Shown: positions 29,721-44,812, counted from the first letter of the stretch. The stretch is DNA of 64,000 nt from Eledone cirrhosa (GCA_964016885.1 OZ024745.1:62992001-63056000), one strand, 5' to 3'. The notes: generated by a model not told the origin, from the letters alone. Program-made: numbers and translations.

Positions 29721-30005
29721 ACTCTCGGGTCCCAAATAATAGGATGGGTAGCAATAAGGGAGGGGGAGGTAATTTTATAGTGAAGTTCCTAAAAATGGGA
29801 TTTCTTGTAATGTTCTTCTCTTGTCATATATAATGTTGCTTTTTTTAATGTAAAATATAATTAATATTAGATTCTTCAATAAAATTTCGTCTGAGAGAGA
29901 TTAATAAAATTTAATAAGCGGGTGTTTGGTGGGGGTGGAATAAAAATCGGAGTGCGGGGGAATATGACAAAATCGGGTGGGGCGATTATTCAAGACCTGG
30001 GATTA
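29720..30005. mobile_element. Possible old MITE
   Basis: Imperfect terminal inverted repeats cactctcgggtcccaaataa / ttattcaagacctgggatta (13 of 20 match), internal aataag..gggg motifs. Confidence 0.35.
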
Positions 30006-30425
30006 CGTGGATTATTGACGGATGTCAGAATGAAAACCCACCTGTGTACTCACAGGATCATTAGACAAGTCTGGTGATCCTGTGAGTGGGCAGGTAAAAC
30101 TTTATAGTAACAAAGCTCACCAAAAGTCATAAAAAATGAATGAATACACACTCACACACACACAAACAAATATACATATGTGTGTGTGTGTATACGAGAT
30201 TAATGAATTAGGTATAATACCATATTTTAACAAATTCGGAGATAAGCATATCTTCTCCCCAAACTACCAAAACACATCTATTTGGATATACGCTACAATT
30301 TATGTTTATCGCATATCGAAGTTTTCTGACAATTTTAGAGCGTTAAGCTAATCCCTCCAACTAAATTGTACAAATTCGCCCCCCCCCCCCCCTTCCTCAT
30401 TCAGGAATGCTTCCACCACCCCTGT

Positions 30426-30472
<47 letters not shown>

Positions 30473-32009
30473 GCGCTTTGAATAATATAGTTCTCGTTAT
30501 GTGTGTATATATATATAAGCGCCCTTTTATACATAAAACAATAACGTGTCGGTTTTGAGCTTGATTTAACTGCTATTTCTAATTTGTCGAGCGACCACGC
30601 AGAATCTTTCTCGTTGACACAAGAATGTTGAAATATGTAGATTGAATGAAAGAAGCGGAGAGAGTCAGGTATGGAAGAAGAAAAAGAGAGAAAGTGAACG
30701 AATGAGTTGTATGAGGAGTAGATTGTATAATATAGAAAATGAAGGTTGGTGTTTATCAACAGATGTAGGAGGAGAAAAAGTGAAATGGAAAGAGAATAAT
30801 AGTCAGGCAAAACATTTTCATAACTTGTTTTGAGAAACAAAAAAAGATTTTTCTCGATTGATAGGTAGACACAGTAAGTAAATATAAACACTAAAAATTG
30901 TTATATACGTTCGACCTTTCTGTGGGTGCGTGTGAGAGAGAAAGAGAGAGGGGGAGTGACAGACAGAAAGACAGAGAGAAAGTTGAGACAAAAGCCAAAG
31001 CAGATAAGAGAGGGTTAGAAACCGGTATTTATTGGAAACAAAGGTGTTTTAATATGTTTATTCCGATGGTTCACTTATATACTTGCTATTTTGTTTTCGA
31101 ATGTTTACACCTAAACAACATATTCTTCCAAATCAATATATAGGTATAAATATTATTGATCTTATATATACAAAATATAAAACAGCACAGTTTGATTTAA
31201 ATAACATCACACAAACAGACACATATGCTATTTACATGTATATTTGTCTGTTTGTATGTGTGTGAGACAGTATATAACCTCGTGTGGTGCTAACTACCGA
31301 TAAACCTTTTTTACAGATGAACTACGGCACATATACTGTAAGTATGTAAACATTTATGCGTATATAAGCACAAACAGATAATTATATAAAACAATATATA
31401 GAGAAGTACAACGCAAAAGAGTGAGAAATGCATTATTCCAGATAAAATTTATCTGAAGACGTGGCAGTTACACAGAAGAACAAACATTTGCAAAATATAC
31501 AACAGCAATGACACAAATATAGAAAAACAGTTTGAGAAAAAAAAAAAATAAATTGGGAGAAAAGCAGTAGAAGAAAGCAAAGCGAAGCACAATCTGCGTG
31601 GGAATGTAAACATGTGCAGGCGACAAGGTGTGTCCAGTACTAGCGAGATCGCTTAAGAAGTTGCGTAAAACTGTACATGTGGCAAAAAATAACCATAAGA
31701 GAAAATGTCAAGTTTTACAAAAGAAAAGTGATCTACATAGTGTAATCAAATTTACTAGCTTATTCTCTTTTGTTTTTAACATTACTACTACTTGCCTGAT
31801 TTTGCAATTGACTTATATAGAACAGTTTTCATAATGAGGATTAACTTTTTGTTTTTTATATATTTCCCCACCACCCAAAGTATATACAAAAAAAAAACCT
31901 CCCTACCCACGCTTCGCACATGCCTCGCTTCTCTCTCTCTCTCTCTCTCTCTTTATCTCTATCTCTCTCTCTCTACCTCTCTCTCTCTCTCTACCTCTCT
32001 CTCTCTCTC

Positions 32010-32091
<82 letters not shown>

Positions 32092-33099
32092 TGTGTGTGT
32101 GGGTGTGTGTGCGTATGCATGCGTATGTTGGCCGCTGCGTGTGTAATATGCAGCGTATGTTGCAGAAAATTTAAGTACCTATTCAACTATTAAAATTTTG
32201 GAGACAGAGATAAATCCGAATGTAAAGCGTTGAACACAGAAACAGTTCTTATAAAGCCTTTTGAATGATTTAAAGAATATAAAACCCGCAATCAAATATA
32301 TAACCAAAACATTAGGACATACAAAATGCACAATATACAGAAGAAGCACTATTTCGCTTTGCACATATGTAGAATATGCCTAATAAAATATATACTAAAA
32401 CTCCAAAAGAAAATATGTTATATACCACTACACGCGGTCTTGTGCTAGATAATGCAGTCAAAGGTTACTGAATTAAAAGAAAAATTGCAGCACCAACAAA
32501 CAACAACTAAAACAACAACAACTACTACTACAACAACAAGAAAAGGAAAAAGAATGGTGTTAAAATGCCCCAAGGGAAATGGAATTTGTAGCCGTGGTTG
32601 ACAAGCCTCATTGAGATGGTGTTTCAATAAAAAAAAAAACAACGGTGCTTGTCTAATTCTAAAACGCATAAACGCCTGATAAGTGAAATATCAAGAAATA
32701 ATTTATTCCGGGTCCCAAGTAGTGTCTCATTACAAACCTGGACATGTGCAGACTATTTCACTTTACCAGAAAGGAAAGAGAATTTACTTGATTAATTGAG
32801 GAGGAAAGCGAAACGAAGTAATAGGTATGTTCGTTTAGGCAACCAAATGCTAAGCTACCAGATTATCTAAATAAATGCAAAGAGGTGAATGACAGAATTG
32901 GAAACCGTTAACGGCAGAATACGAGTAATTAGTCTGAAAGCAAACCATTTTTGGAAACATAGTTCAGAGACATATAGTGCCAATGGAGGAAAACAAAGGT
33001 TAAGCTGGCATAGTAGAGGGATAGCGAAGAATGGGTAGTGATAAAGTTTTACATTATATAAATACATAATATCGAGCTACATTGAATAGAGTAAAACTT

Positions 33100-35030
33100 A
33101 TCGTGACACTAGTTGTGTCACGAACGAAATTCAGGACTCTCTCAAGACACTATTTGAAGAAAACAACGTAGTGAATGATGTTCTTGGGATAATAGAAATC
33201 CAGAAATGATCTAAAATAAGAAATCTTCTACATGCAGCAGCAGTGAACGAATACGCTTCAAAACCGGGTTTAGTAAAAAGGGACAAGTTTGTGGAAAGAC
33301 GTGGTAGCTAAGGTTAGAATGTGACATGCAAATACTGCGTAAACTAGTCAGTATAAATATTGTTTACATAGGGGTGTGTGGAGAAATGTAAAGGAAGGGG
33401 ATAATGAACGCCTGCACAGAATATACCGCGTTAGGGAACAAGGTCTACATACCATTATGTAACAGGTGAGACAGGGAATATGTGCAAACATTGTAAAATT
33501 CCAACAATATACACAAATATTATGTCAGTCCCAACAGAACAGACTTTTTAATGTATTCAAAATACGTTTCTTCTAAGATTTGCGGACGATAGTATTAAGG
33601 ATATGCCACCTGACCGATATGATGCTCTGATATTTCTTGAGTTACCTATGAAGATCACCCTTGATCGAGGCCACAATCTTGTGCAGGCTAAAAGATAGTC
33701 AAACTAGAAGGCTCTGGATCCAGACCTTATCCATGGCTACACAGGGCATTCTTAATGGACTTGTTGCACGATATGTAAAGTTGGATGTCTGAAAAGCTGA
33801 TCAATCTTACTATGAAAAACCCTACGAAATGTCCTATTGTTGGAAATTACAGATCCAATGCCTCATTTAACATGCTTTTGGGAATGGGAAATAGATTACT
33901 GCCTGGGAAAACATATCAAAAGCTATTAAACAACAGACTCTAGCTTATAAAACAAAAAGGCTACAGGAAAAGAATTACCAATGAGAATAAAGGATCACAT
34001 TGCTGTAGACAACGTAATGATCAACGTCTGCAATTCAAAAGGACGAACTTGGATATGGTATGGATAGATTTTAAAATGCTCAAGATCTAATGAATCATCC
34101 AAGGCGATGTTTATGGTGGCAGATAGTATAAGCAAATTGGCTAAGACCCAGCATGAATGATTGGAGAACAAATATGTTCTCATAAAATAGGTTCCTAGGC
34201 AATGTAATCGTAATAGAGGTAGTCTTCGGTGCATAAGGTTTCCTTGTGTCATATCTCTTATAGAAATATCATTAGTACCGAAGGCTGTAAGGATGGGAAA
34301 TAAGATGGTTGAAGATGCTTCTAACACAAATTTAAACAACATCTTATTCATTGAAAACCTGAAACTCTTTCCAAATTCTGAAACACAATTAGAGACTCTT
34401 GTACAGAAAGTTCGTCGAGACAGTCAAAACAGAAGCATGAAACTTGGCGTCGCAAAATGGGTAGATGTTAACTACCATCGAATCAACATATGTTGAACGA
34501 TTGAGTGATTTATGGGAGGACGGGTAGCATTACAGATGTACATGATATGCACAATTATAAGAAGAGTTATTACAGAATGTATTGCGAAGTTATGCAAAAT
34601 CTAGCGAGAATGAAATCATATCGAATTGCCTATGTCGCAGTTAACTTTATAGGGAGACAGAAATACTATTCAGTACTAGTTCGGTGTCTAAACGAAATGT
34701 ATGTAAATCCATCTGTGTGGAATAAATATAGAAAGTGTCACCCACATAGTGAACACTAGCAGTATGCTATCTCAAGGGGAACAGGAAAGAAGACAAAACA
34801 AAGTATGTATGTACCTACACTAGATAATGTGCCATCATATGTAGGACCATTAAGTCCCAGTATTTGAACTAGATGACAGATACAAATTCTCTATACTATG
34901 ATATTTCACTATCTAAGCAGAGTTGAACACAAGATATATGGTATAGTTATGATCATAATAGTCATGTATGACTATTATTGATGCTTCTATCCAAGGACAC
35001 CAACATATTTCCTTGGAAGAAATGTTTTAA
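33100..35030 (+). pseudogene. Very decayed R4/Dong-like LINE
   Basis: KALDPDLIHGY (KAPGPD-like), GNYR, LNNILFIENLKLFPNSETQLETLVQKVRRDSQNRSMKLGVAKW (HLLFMDDLKL..GMEFG..KC-like), TIIDASI. Confidence 0.7.
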
Positions 35031-35149
35031 AATAACAAAATATACTATAGGTTTTTAAATGTTGTTTTGATTATCAATCCAGCCTAAAATTGTGCATTTC
35101 TAGAAACTTAAGCCTCTGAACAGACACGAGTCAGCCAGAGCATACCCTC

Positions 35150-35995
35150 TCTATTTAAGAATATTAACATATCGGGCCAATTTCATACCCCAGCCACAGA
35201 GGTTTCGCCACATTTTTTCTGGTGCATCCGAGAAGTTAGTCCTCGGCTGTGGCTATACATATACTTCAAATGATGTGACGGGATTTCGGAAATCAACAAA
35301 TTATTCTCTCAATCTTGCGAGGATGCACTTCCATTCACTGAGAAGAATCCATGGTAAGTTTCTGATAGAGATACGAAATCGGTGTTCTGCCAGAATATTT
35401 TATTTGTTGATCTAAAATCGCCCGTGTCTTAAACATTTCGTTCCAGCTAGTACTGCGAGGGCATGAAGGAAGACATATTTCCAGAGAAAGCTTTATAAGC
35501 CTCCTTCTTTAATAGCATGGCAACTTTAATTACATGAATGAACAAGGTGCTCCACCTGAGACACGGTGTCACACTGCTCGCTTTCGCCCACATAATTTAA
35601 CAGCTGAAACAAAACGTTGAACTGTTATCTTTCCTCTTATTATAGAAAATTCTCCTTGTTAATCATTTTCAGTGAAGCCTAAGCTAAATATCTGGAAATG
35701 GGATGTAGAAATATTGTCCAGCCGGTCAAATATTTCCTTTGTGGCAAAACGTCGAGAAATCGTGGGAGTATATCCAAGAGGAGTAAACATTATTAGTGGA
35801 CCTCGAGAAGGCATACGACCCCGTTCTGCAGGATGTTTTGTGAAAAAGCTTCTTGTTACTTTTAATTCCAATACAATTGCTGAATACGAGTTGGTCCTAT
35901 TTAATGTGTATATTAGACTCTGCAAAGGAGTATGGACTAGTGCATCCGGAATTGAAGTGCTAGCAAGACCGACGAGAATTCGTAGACGACATGAG
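35150..35995 (-). pseudogene. Possible L1/Tx1-like ORF2 C-terminal remnant
   Basis: EQCDTVSQVEHLVHSC resembles the zf-RVT CX2CX7HX4C motif; coding-like composition with many stops. Confidence 0.3.
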
Positions 35996-35999
35996 TCTT

Positions 36000-36108
36000 C
36001 TTAACACGTCCGAAGTTGATCACCGACATGCACTGGATAGATTCACTGCCGGGTGCAGCACAGCAGGAATGAAAATCAGTGATGCGAAGACTAAGACATC
36101 CTTCTTGA
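36000..36108 (+). pseudogene. RTE-like RT fragment
   Basis: LNTSEVDHRHALDRFTAGCSTAGMKISDAKTK matches the post-YADD segment of non-LTR RTs. Confidence 0.7.
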
Positions 36109-38961
36109 ATTTCAAGTGTTTCCGTGCGTTTGCACGAGTTATGAAAAGCAAGAGACTTGATTAAATATACACGTTCGCCTCTCTATCCGACCTTTCAATG
36201 ATAGCTTTTTCTCAGCCAGTCTCTGAGTAAGAAAGGACACTCTGCTAGTTATTTCCTCCCACTTTTTTCCCATCTGGAGGTCCAGTCCAATCCAGACGTC
36301 GAGCTATTTAAGCTGTCTATCTGTCTTGCACCCGACGATGCTTGTGGACGGCATGGATATGCCTAACCAATTACCGAGCTGCAAGATAAATAATACGTTT
36401 CTGATATATACATAACCAATTGTTCATACTACAAAGATATCTACGACTCAGTATCAATAAGCCCATTAAACATATCTTCACCGGTGTACACTAACGATTC
36501 CAGTTGTTCAATTACATAATGTGTCTCTTTATTGAATACTATTAGCTGAGTATTTCACGCAACACAATACTTAACGATAAAAATCACAACAATGTATGTG
36601 TTTAGCTGGTACACCTCTACTGAAGCGATTTCATAAATGTTGCATCGACGCGAAGCTATTGTAAAAGGAACATCACAAAATTACAGTGGAATCGAGCCTA
36701 GTCCTCATGATCATAACGCGAATTTCTTAACCACTTCGCTATGCTTCTAGAATATACTAAATGTAAATAAACTCGCCAGGTGGCGAAACAATTAAGAACA
36801 CTAAAAAACAAACTTTAGTTGTATTGCAACTTCAAGTGAAAATGTCAGGTGTCATAAGATGTGTCAAATACAATCAAGTAGAAATAGAGGTTTTGTGTGA
36901 GTGTCTGACAATAAGAGGGCGAATACCTGTGTGAATATAAGCATATGTGTAAAAGTATAGCAAGCGTAGAGTTGTATATAAATACGCAAATGCACACAAA
37001 CATACACATAGACACACATAAACACAAACACACATACACACGCGCACAAACACACACACACTTGTGTGTGTGTTTGTATATGTTTCTGTTAATATTGTTG
37101 TAGTTATAAAAAAATTGAAGGCGATGATAAACAATGTGGAAGGCGAATAATGGGATCAGAGTCAAATATATTATACATATTTTAAAAAATAGTAGAAACT
37201 AAAACAAATCACCGTCACAGAAAAAAATTGATATCCATTTATTCAACCCTCGGTGCATTCATAATTACACAGACGCAGAATATATTCATAGGAACGTTAC
37301 TTCCTTATCAAAGTGGTATAGCCGTCATGTAAACTATTATGTACTATGAAGCAGACATTTTCCAGACAGCACGTAATCAACAAATGATGTGGAAGTTATG
37401 TGAATAGAATTCACATCTACATACAAAGCCATTGAACCAAATAAATATCAAAAACAGTCTATTCATAAATCCATACACAATTTGATATTTTGGCTTTAAA
37501 TTTGAAGATATTAAAACATAGCTATTTATGTATAGAATATGGGATCACCTTTCAAACATGGCTGATACTCGCAGTCAAATAAAAATAATATACCGTTATA
37601 TAAGGTAGGGTAAAAAGATCAGCTTATTTTGATGGGTTTATTATTCGAATTTATGTCATTCTACAAAACGTATTGGAGCCGTACATAATTCTAAATTATG
37701 GGTTCTTTCTAGATAATTTACAACTTTCGCATGCATATTCATCTAACACATATTCACAAACACCTTTATGTCGGTTTTAGATCATAATAAAATGGAATAA
37801 GTAGGTAAAAAACGGAAAGAGATTGTTGAAGATTGGTAACAATACCATTTGTTGTTGAAAGCCGTTTCGTCACCACAGACCATACAGCTATAAATATACA
37901 TCACGAGGAAACATTGATATGATTTTTAATAAAATATTACAGTCTTTGTACACGAACTTCAAAATTCATTATACATACACTAATTTCAAGTTTAAACGCT
38001 GTAAGGAGTATTCTGTACAATTAGCAATTATATTCGAACTATAACATAATTTCAATCTTCTGAAAATACAGTCGTTATGAAATTGGAGGAATGGTTTAAC
38101 GATTTTGTCGAATCAAACTTCAGGAAAATAACTTATTTTCTTTCTTTTATTTATTTTCTTTTTGAATTTAGATATTTATGACACTGGAAAAGATGAATGG
38201 CAAATAGAATAACATTTATCAAACAAAATATATATTTTAAAACATTTGATTGAATACCTTGTAAAATCTGTGATAACGTTTAACGTTAATGAGAACTTAA
38301 GCATGACTTAATCAACGAAAAGGCTTAAAAAGCTAAAAAGAAGAACGAACAGTTTATTATCAATGGGTTAGTTTAATCTAAAATCTAAATGTCGACTGAT
38401 TTATGGCAAAATTGTGGCATCTTTTCGAAATAAGTAAGATTACGTCTTTCATGTTTCTCTTACAAATCCAATACCTTCAATGAAAACTATCACATCAATT
38501 GCGGTGGCCGACCAAAAATATGATGAATGAACAACAGTAAAGGTGATAACGTATCTATTAATATTACTGCTACTTTTATTTTTAAATATAGTCTACATGT
38601 GAGGGTAAGAAACAGATAGAGAGGAGAAGAGAGTGAGGAAGAGAGACAGACGGAAAGACAGAGGCACACAGATAGACAGACGGAAAGACAGAGGCACACA
38701 GACAGACAGACGGATACACATAACTATAGAATAGTTGTAGCAGATAGGGAGGGAGAGGGGGGGGGGCAATAAAGAGAACGAGAGAGAGAGACACAGACAG
38801 GGAAAGAGAGAGGCATAGGCAGAGACAGCGAGTGAGAGAGAGACATAGAGAGAGAGTCATCAACATTATAACAAGTGTATTAGTTTATTCACAATTCTCC
38901 TGAACTGTGAATATACAGATGTAGTCTGTAGTCTCTTAGTTACTGTTTACTTTCTTATTTC

Positions 38962-39078
38962 ATAATTGTTTCTACTTTAGGCACAAGGCCAGCAATTACC
39001 CAGTGCATTACTGGTACTTTATTTTATCTACCCCGTAAGGATGAAAGGCAAAGTCAACCTCAGCGGGATTTGTACTCA
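38962..39078 (-). mobile_element. Truncated SINE family 1
   Basis: Match to the other copies. Confidence 0.88.
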
Positions 39079-39830
39079 TATGCTGCTACAACTAGATAAA
39101 AGTGGAATGGAATCATTAATGTATGTATGATTCAGAAGATTGTTCACTAATAAATTAAAAGATAATCAGTTCAGGAAAGGATAATTATGAAAGGAGCGTT
39201 TAAAACCTTCATATAAACATAAATGTCAGCTATTGAGATTCATAATGATGGAGATATTGAAGTCATATTCATATTAGAAATGCAAGAATGTTATACAGCA
39301 CTTCGTTCTAGAACACAATAAACCAGCAAACCTAACATGCTGGTAGATGAAGTCTAATCACAGCTTAAGCAGACTTTAATCTTTTCAACTTTTATGAATT
39401 TTATAGACCAAAAAGTATTTATATGAATTGAATAGTGCGTACAGGAAAAGTGATTAAATGACAAAATGTAAAAAAACGACAGGTATTAAGATAAAATGGC
39501 CTAGAATAGAGAAAGGTCGTAAATATTGAGAAAGTCATAAAAAAGGCTATATGTTAATTATTTACATATATTTCTAAAACTGAAAACCCTTACTTTTTTC
39601 AGATAGTTTGAATAAAATGAAACGCATAATCACATACTTAAATGAATAGTTGTGCAGAAATTGGATAATTTTAGGAGGGAGATATGAGAAATCCGCTGAT
39701 GCATACAACAGCTAATATATTCATCCACTTTTACATAGTTACGTTCATGCATACATATGTACATAGATACATACATCCATATATATATACATGCATACAT
39801 ACAGAAAATGAGACAAATATCCGTCCACCA

Positions 39831-39832
<2 letters not shown>

Positions 39833-39861
<29 letters not shown>

Positions 39862-39920
39862 CATACATACATACATACATACATACATACATACATACAT
39901 ACATACATACATACATACAT
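39833..39920. repeat. (TACA)n microsatellite
   Basis: Read directly. Confidence 0.97.
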
Positions 39921-40378
39921 AAACGCATGTACACAAGCTTGCGACAACGTCAGTACACAAATGCCAGTGTGTGAGTGATTGACTTAAAACTGTTTATATA
40001 CGAACTTGACACGATAGTCGCGTAAAATTTGAATGCTAAGCAACTACGATTAGCGTAGGATCTGCTGCATCAGCTATATCATGAATAAAAATCAACACAT
40101 AGTCTATGATATTTGCTATTAACTGTAACACAGCAATTTCTCAGAGAAATGATCCGATTTCGATTCTGTCTATACACTACTGATAACTATATATATTTTT
40201 TCAATATAAATCAAACAAACCATCTAAGAAAATATTATCACTATTGATTTATTCCGTTTAATTCATTACAAAAAGACTATTAAGAACGATTACACAGCAA
40301 TTACGCTTCTTATTATTATTGCTTTGTAACAAATAAAAAAAAATATTATTATTGACATCAGGAGTATCCTTATTACCT

Positions 40379-40474
40379 TAACTTTGCCTTTCATCCTTAC
40401 GGGGTCGATAAAATAAAGTACCAGTAACGCACTGGATAATTGCTGGCCTTGTGCCAAACGTAGAAACAATTATT
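40379..40474 (+). mobile_element. Truncated SINE family 1, followed by an older SINE remnant to ~40630
   Basis: actttgcctttcatccttacggggtcgataaaataaagtaccag...gtagaaacaattatt. Confidence 0.88.
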
Positions 40475-41413
40475 ACCAAGGCAGTGGATAGGCAGAATAT
40501 TTAGTGTACCAGCCAGGATCAACTGTTTCTGTCAACCTTCCGGGATCTATTGAACAAAATATCAACCAGTCATTGGGTCGATGTAACGAACTAACCACTC
40601 CTATCATCTGCTGGCTTCGTGCAATGTCATAATATTAATATGCACACTTTTTTTGTCGAGTTGCGTACTAGAAACTCTCACCTTGCTCGCTTCTGTGATT
40701 TATCTATTAAACCGTGAAATAATCCAGCCTAAACTTAGATTAGTAAGGTAGACGTGTAGAAATGAGCGATATTACACTACGAATCACAGATGTGTAGGAT
40801 TCCGATAATGATCATGTCAATTGATTTAAGAATATAAAAAATAACAGATTATAAGCAACCTTAGCAGAATACGTAAATGTAATTCTAAACTGAGTATTTG
40901 AAACAGATTTCCTAGTATCAAGTTTAATCAATTTAGAAACAAAAGGAAAGGCACCCCATAGTGATTCGAGGATATGTACAAGGCCAAAGATTTAGAACCA
41001 GTTGGAGGAGGTAATTGATTCGTTCATGTTCAGTTGAAGTTTCAAGTAAAGTTATTTAAATTCCATGTGACAAACAAATTTTGAAGAGTTTCGTGAATTT
41101 GATTAAGATATTTATTTATCTATAATTTTGCACTGCATCCATCAATGCGATTTTTTTTCATAATTAATGATATATGCATATCAGGACAATAACAGAATGT
41201 TAATATAGATCTTTCAAATTCCTATCAGTAAAAATACAAATGGAAAGATTTCAGGAGCACAATGGCCTTAGAAAAGCATAGGTATCAATGGTGGATTAAA
41301 TCTCTGTAATAACATAAATACAATTCAGTGTCCTGTTATGGTGGTGTTGATTTATACATAATGACCGTTTTTACTTTTGGTAATTATTAGTATTTCGTTT
41401 GAACAGGGAGTAA

Positions 41414-41451
41414 GATAACTTTGATAACTTTGATAACTTTGATAACTTTGA
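41414..41451. repeat. 9-bp tandem repeat (GATAACTTT)x4
   Basis: Read directly. Confidence 0.9.
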
Positions 41452-42959
41452 GAGATTTCGGCCAGTATCCGCCCAGGCCATGTCTAACTTAATAGCACCA
41501 TCTGGTTAATATATTTGGATAGAATAAATAAATTGCATAAGGTTCGTATATTTCTTGAAATAATATAAGAAAGAGAATGAGAGCAAGAGAGAGGGTGGGG
41601 GGTCGCGAAAGGAAACAAAATATAGTAAAGGAGAATGTATCATAGAATTGATATTTTTCTGCGAAAGCAATTCAGAGCAATTCAGAGAAAGTCAGACCTC
41701 AATATTATGCAATAATTCTTCACTTTGCTACTTCCTGGATGTCATAGACTTTTTTATGGAAATATAGTACTTTCGATAAATCCGATGTAAGTACTTAAGT
41801 ACAGCTTAATTTATACCCTGAGGAGAGACCACAAACAAAGCATTTTGAACTAAGCACGTAAAAGGTCATAACTAATTGTCCTAAGTAATTTATCTCGTCC
41901 ATGTCTAGTAACGTATCCTCCAGTAACAAAAATCATAAACTACAAGCAAAGACGTAATAAATAAGTGTAAAATTCCTTAATTAAATATGATAGAAAATGG
42001 AAAATATGAAGATAGAAGAGAAAGTGGCAAAATAAAAGGAAAAAACAATAAGGAAGAGTTAATAAAGTAACGAAGAAAATAGTAGTTAAAGAAGAAATAT
42101 AATGCGTGAAGAAAGCATACAACAAAAAGATTGTACGAAAAGCTTTTGTTGGCAGTCTTGCTTTTGTGTGTTTGAGTGCGTGTGGATTTGTTTGTGAGTC
42201 TACGTGTGTGTGTGTGTGTGTGTTTGTATGTATGTGTGTGTGTGCACCATGTGTGTCTGTGTTTATATGTGTGTGATTGAGGGAGAGAGTTGAAGTGAGA
42301 GAGAAAATGAGTGCAGAAAGGTTGAAATTGAATCAGAGAAAGAGAAATAATTTACTTTCCTTGGAAGCGAATGAAAACAGTCGTTAATTATACTGTAGAG
42401 TGACAGCTTACAGCGGTGAACTTTAGCTAAACAAGGTATCTATTTACATTAGCACAAGATAGATGGTCTCGGCCAGTGTAGGTTCATAAACCTGACTGCT
42501 TACTTTGAGCATGTAGAAAGTTTGTGTCCTGATACAAAATAAATCGGCAAAATTTGTAAATTTGTAACAGATCGATATAAAAAGTGTTTAATACATCGAT
42601 TGGTAATTATATTGATTAAGGAAAAGTGTTAATGAGTGGTGTTCTCATAAAATTAATACAAAGCAAAGAATATTTTTTGTCTGATCACCTCATAATATTG
42701 GATTTCGTAGAAGAGTTACAATTAGATTGATTCCGATGAATTATTAATTCTAGATATAATCAAACCACAAAGATAAGAGAGCAAATTCAAGTTAGATTAG
42801 ATCTCAATTCGTCCGCTAAAAAACGTTGATTTCAGACATTAATATTATATGATAAATGTATGTAGAAATGTTTAATGAGTTAAAACTACATGCATACACT
42901 TCTCGTCCTTCATAAACCTTCCTCGCGAGATAAATTATATAGTTAACGTCAGATGAGGA

Positions 42960-43250
42960 AACTAATGAATTTTTAACATTTAATAAGGGTGAAGAGGGCA
43001 GAATCCTTCACCCTTGTATTTCAAAACTACTGGGACAGGTGGTAGCATAAGAGAAATCTGGTCCGAAAATAGTGATCTGGACCAAATGTTTAGAAATAAT
43101 GGGCTCAGATCAAATGCAAGTTAGTAGTGTTAAACTACGGAACGGATTAAGATGACCATTCAAATAATTAAAAACACTAAGAGACAGAAACATATTGCAG
43201 GTCATCTTATTCGGGGTTCTGATAACATTGTTAACCGGCTACCCAGGGCT
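42960..43250 (+). pseudogene. Decayed RTE-like fragment
   Basis: KRAESFT and IIKNTKRQKHIAGHLIRGSDN resemble RTE ESF.YLG and RW.GH..R motifs. Confidence 0.4.
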
Positions 43251-43509
43251 TTTGCTCTCTTTAATCGATCAAGAATAGAAGAAATTTACCGTTGTTGGTC
43301 TGGATTGCTTATACCGCAACTAACCATCATTTATGGTGGCCGTATCGCTATCCGCCATTTGCGACCCCTTCTCTATGAGTACAGCGTAGTATCAGTCGGT
43401 AATGTTGGGTCAGAAGGTGATCTTCGACATGTACATCGTTGTTGGCTGTCGAGTGTGCCATGGCTGGACTGAAAATCATTACTGCAAAGCCTGAGAAACT
43501 CGTCCTCGT

Positions 43510-44047
43510 AAGGTTTCTTGGTGAGGAGGGCGACTTTTGACATCCTGCAGGACTAAAAACAAAACCTGTCAAAGGGCAAAGGAGCTCTTAAGAGTCAATG
43601 GCCATCCAAAATCACCGGGAGAGATGACCCCCTTAGCCTTTGTCAAGGCAGAATTCTAGGAGAGGGAAAACTCTGATACCTGCAACCCTGATGGTATCCA
43701 ATGATGTTGACTTGTTCTTCTTTTTGGTAAATATCATCTTGGTTAAGAGAGTGGGACTGGCTTTGTGCAGTGCCTTTGCTCACTATAAAAGCTTCACGGC
43801 ACAGGCATTGCTTTATATCTGGAGATCTCTCTGCACTTGTCGTCACATGGTACCATGGGCCCAGCACTATGTGTCAAGAATTGTCACAATTGTAGTGTTT
43901 GTACCAGAGTTTTCAAGTCGCTGGCTGGACTAAAAAGTCACATCGGTAGGAGTTCTCCTACATGGATATAAAGTAGTGGCCGTACTCGAAAATGAGTTGG
44001 CAGCCACCATGTATGTATGTAAGTATGTATGTATGTATGTATGTATG

Positions 44048-44078
<31 letters not shown>

Positions 44079-44088
44079 GTATGTATGT
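43510..44088 (+). mobile_element. ~500-bp non-autonomous retroelement with (TATG)n tail
   Basis: Reverse complement of ~16041-16560 at high identity; tail 44010-44088. Confidence 0.8.
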
Positions 44089-44356
44089 GCGTGTGAAGGT
44101 GGGTGAGTTTGACAAAATTCCACACGGCATTTACTTTCGCCAAACTATTTTATGTATACATATTTTTCTTACATCCGTCTTTCCTCCTATTTCTTCCCTC
44201 AAATATTCTCCGTACTCGTTCATTCTCCCTCCAGGTGTAGGACAAACTTCCGAAAGTTTAAAACACTTTTCCTCATTCATTGATGAAGCGTTAGAAGTAA
44301 TACAGTGTCGTATTTTTCTGTTTGCCTTTTTGAATATTCTTATCTCTCTCTCTCTA

Positions 44357-44465
<109 letters not shown>

Positions 44466-44669
44466 CGGAGCAGGCGTGGTGCACTTATGTGTGGGAGGTG
44501 AACTTGATATATACATATTATATCGTCATACGCAGCAAGAGATGCTAAGTAAAATACAACGGGGTATGAAATATAAGACATAACTAATGAATTGTAAGAT
44601 ATTAAGATACATTCGAAGCTCTATCGTATCTGCCAGGATAGGGGAGAAGAAGGATGAGGAGTAGGAGTA

Positions 44670-44812
44670 GGAGAAGAAGAAGAAAAAGAAAAAGAAAAAG
44701 AAAAAGAAAAAGAAGAAGAAGAAGAAGAAGAAGAAGAAGAAGAAGAAGAAGAAGAAGAAGAAGAAGAAGAAGAAGAAGAAGAAGAAGAAGAAGAAGAAGA
44801 AGAAGAAGAAGA
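44670..44812. repeat. (GAA)n / (GAAAAA)n microsatellite
   Basis: Read directly. Confidence 0.97.
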
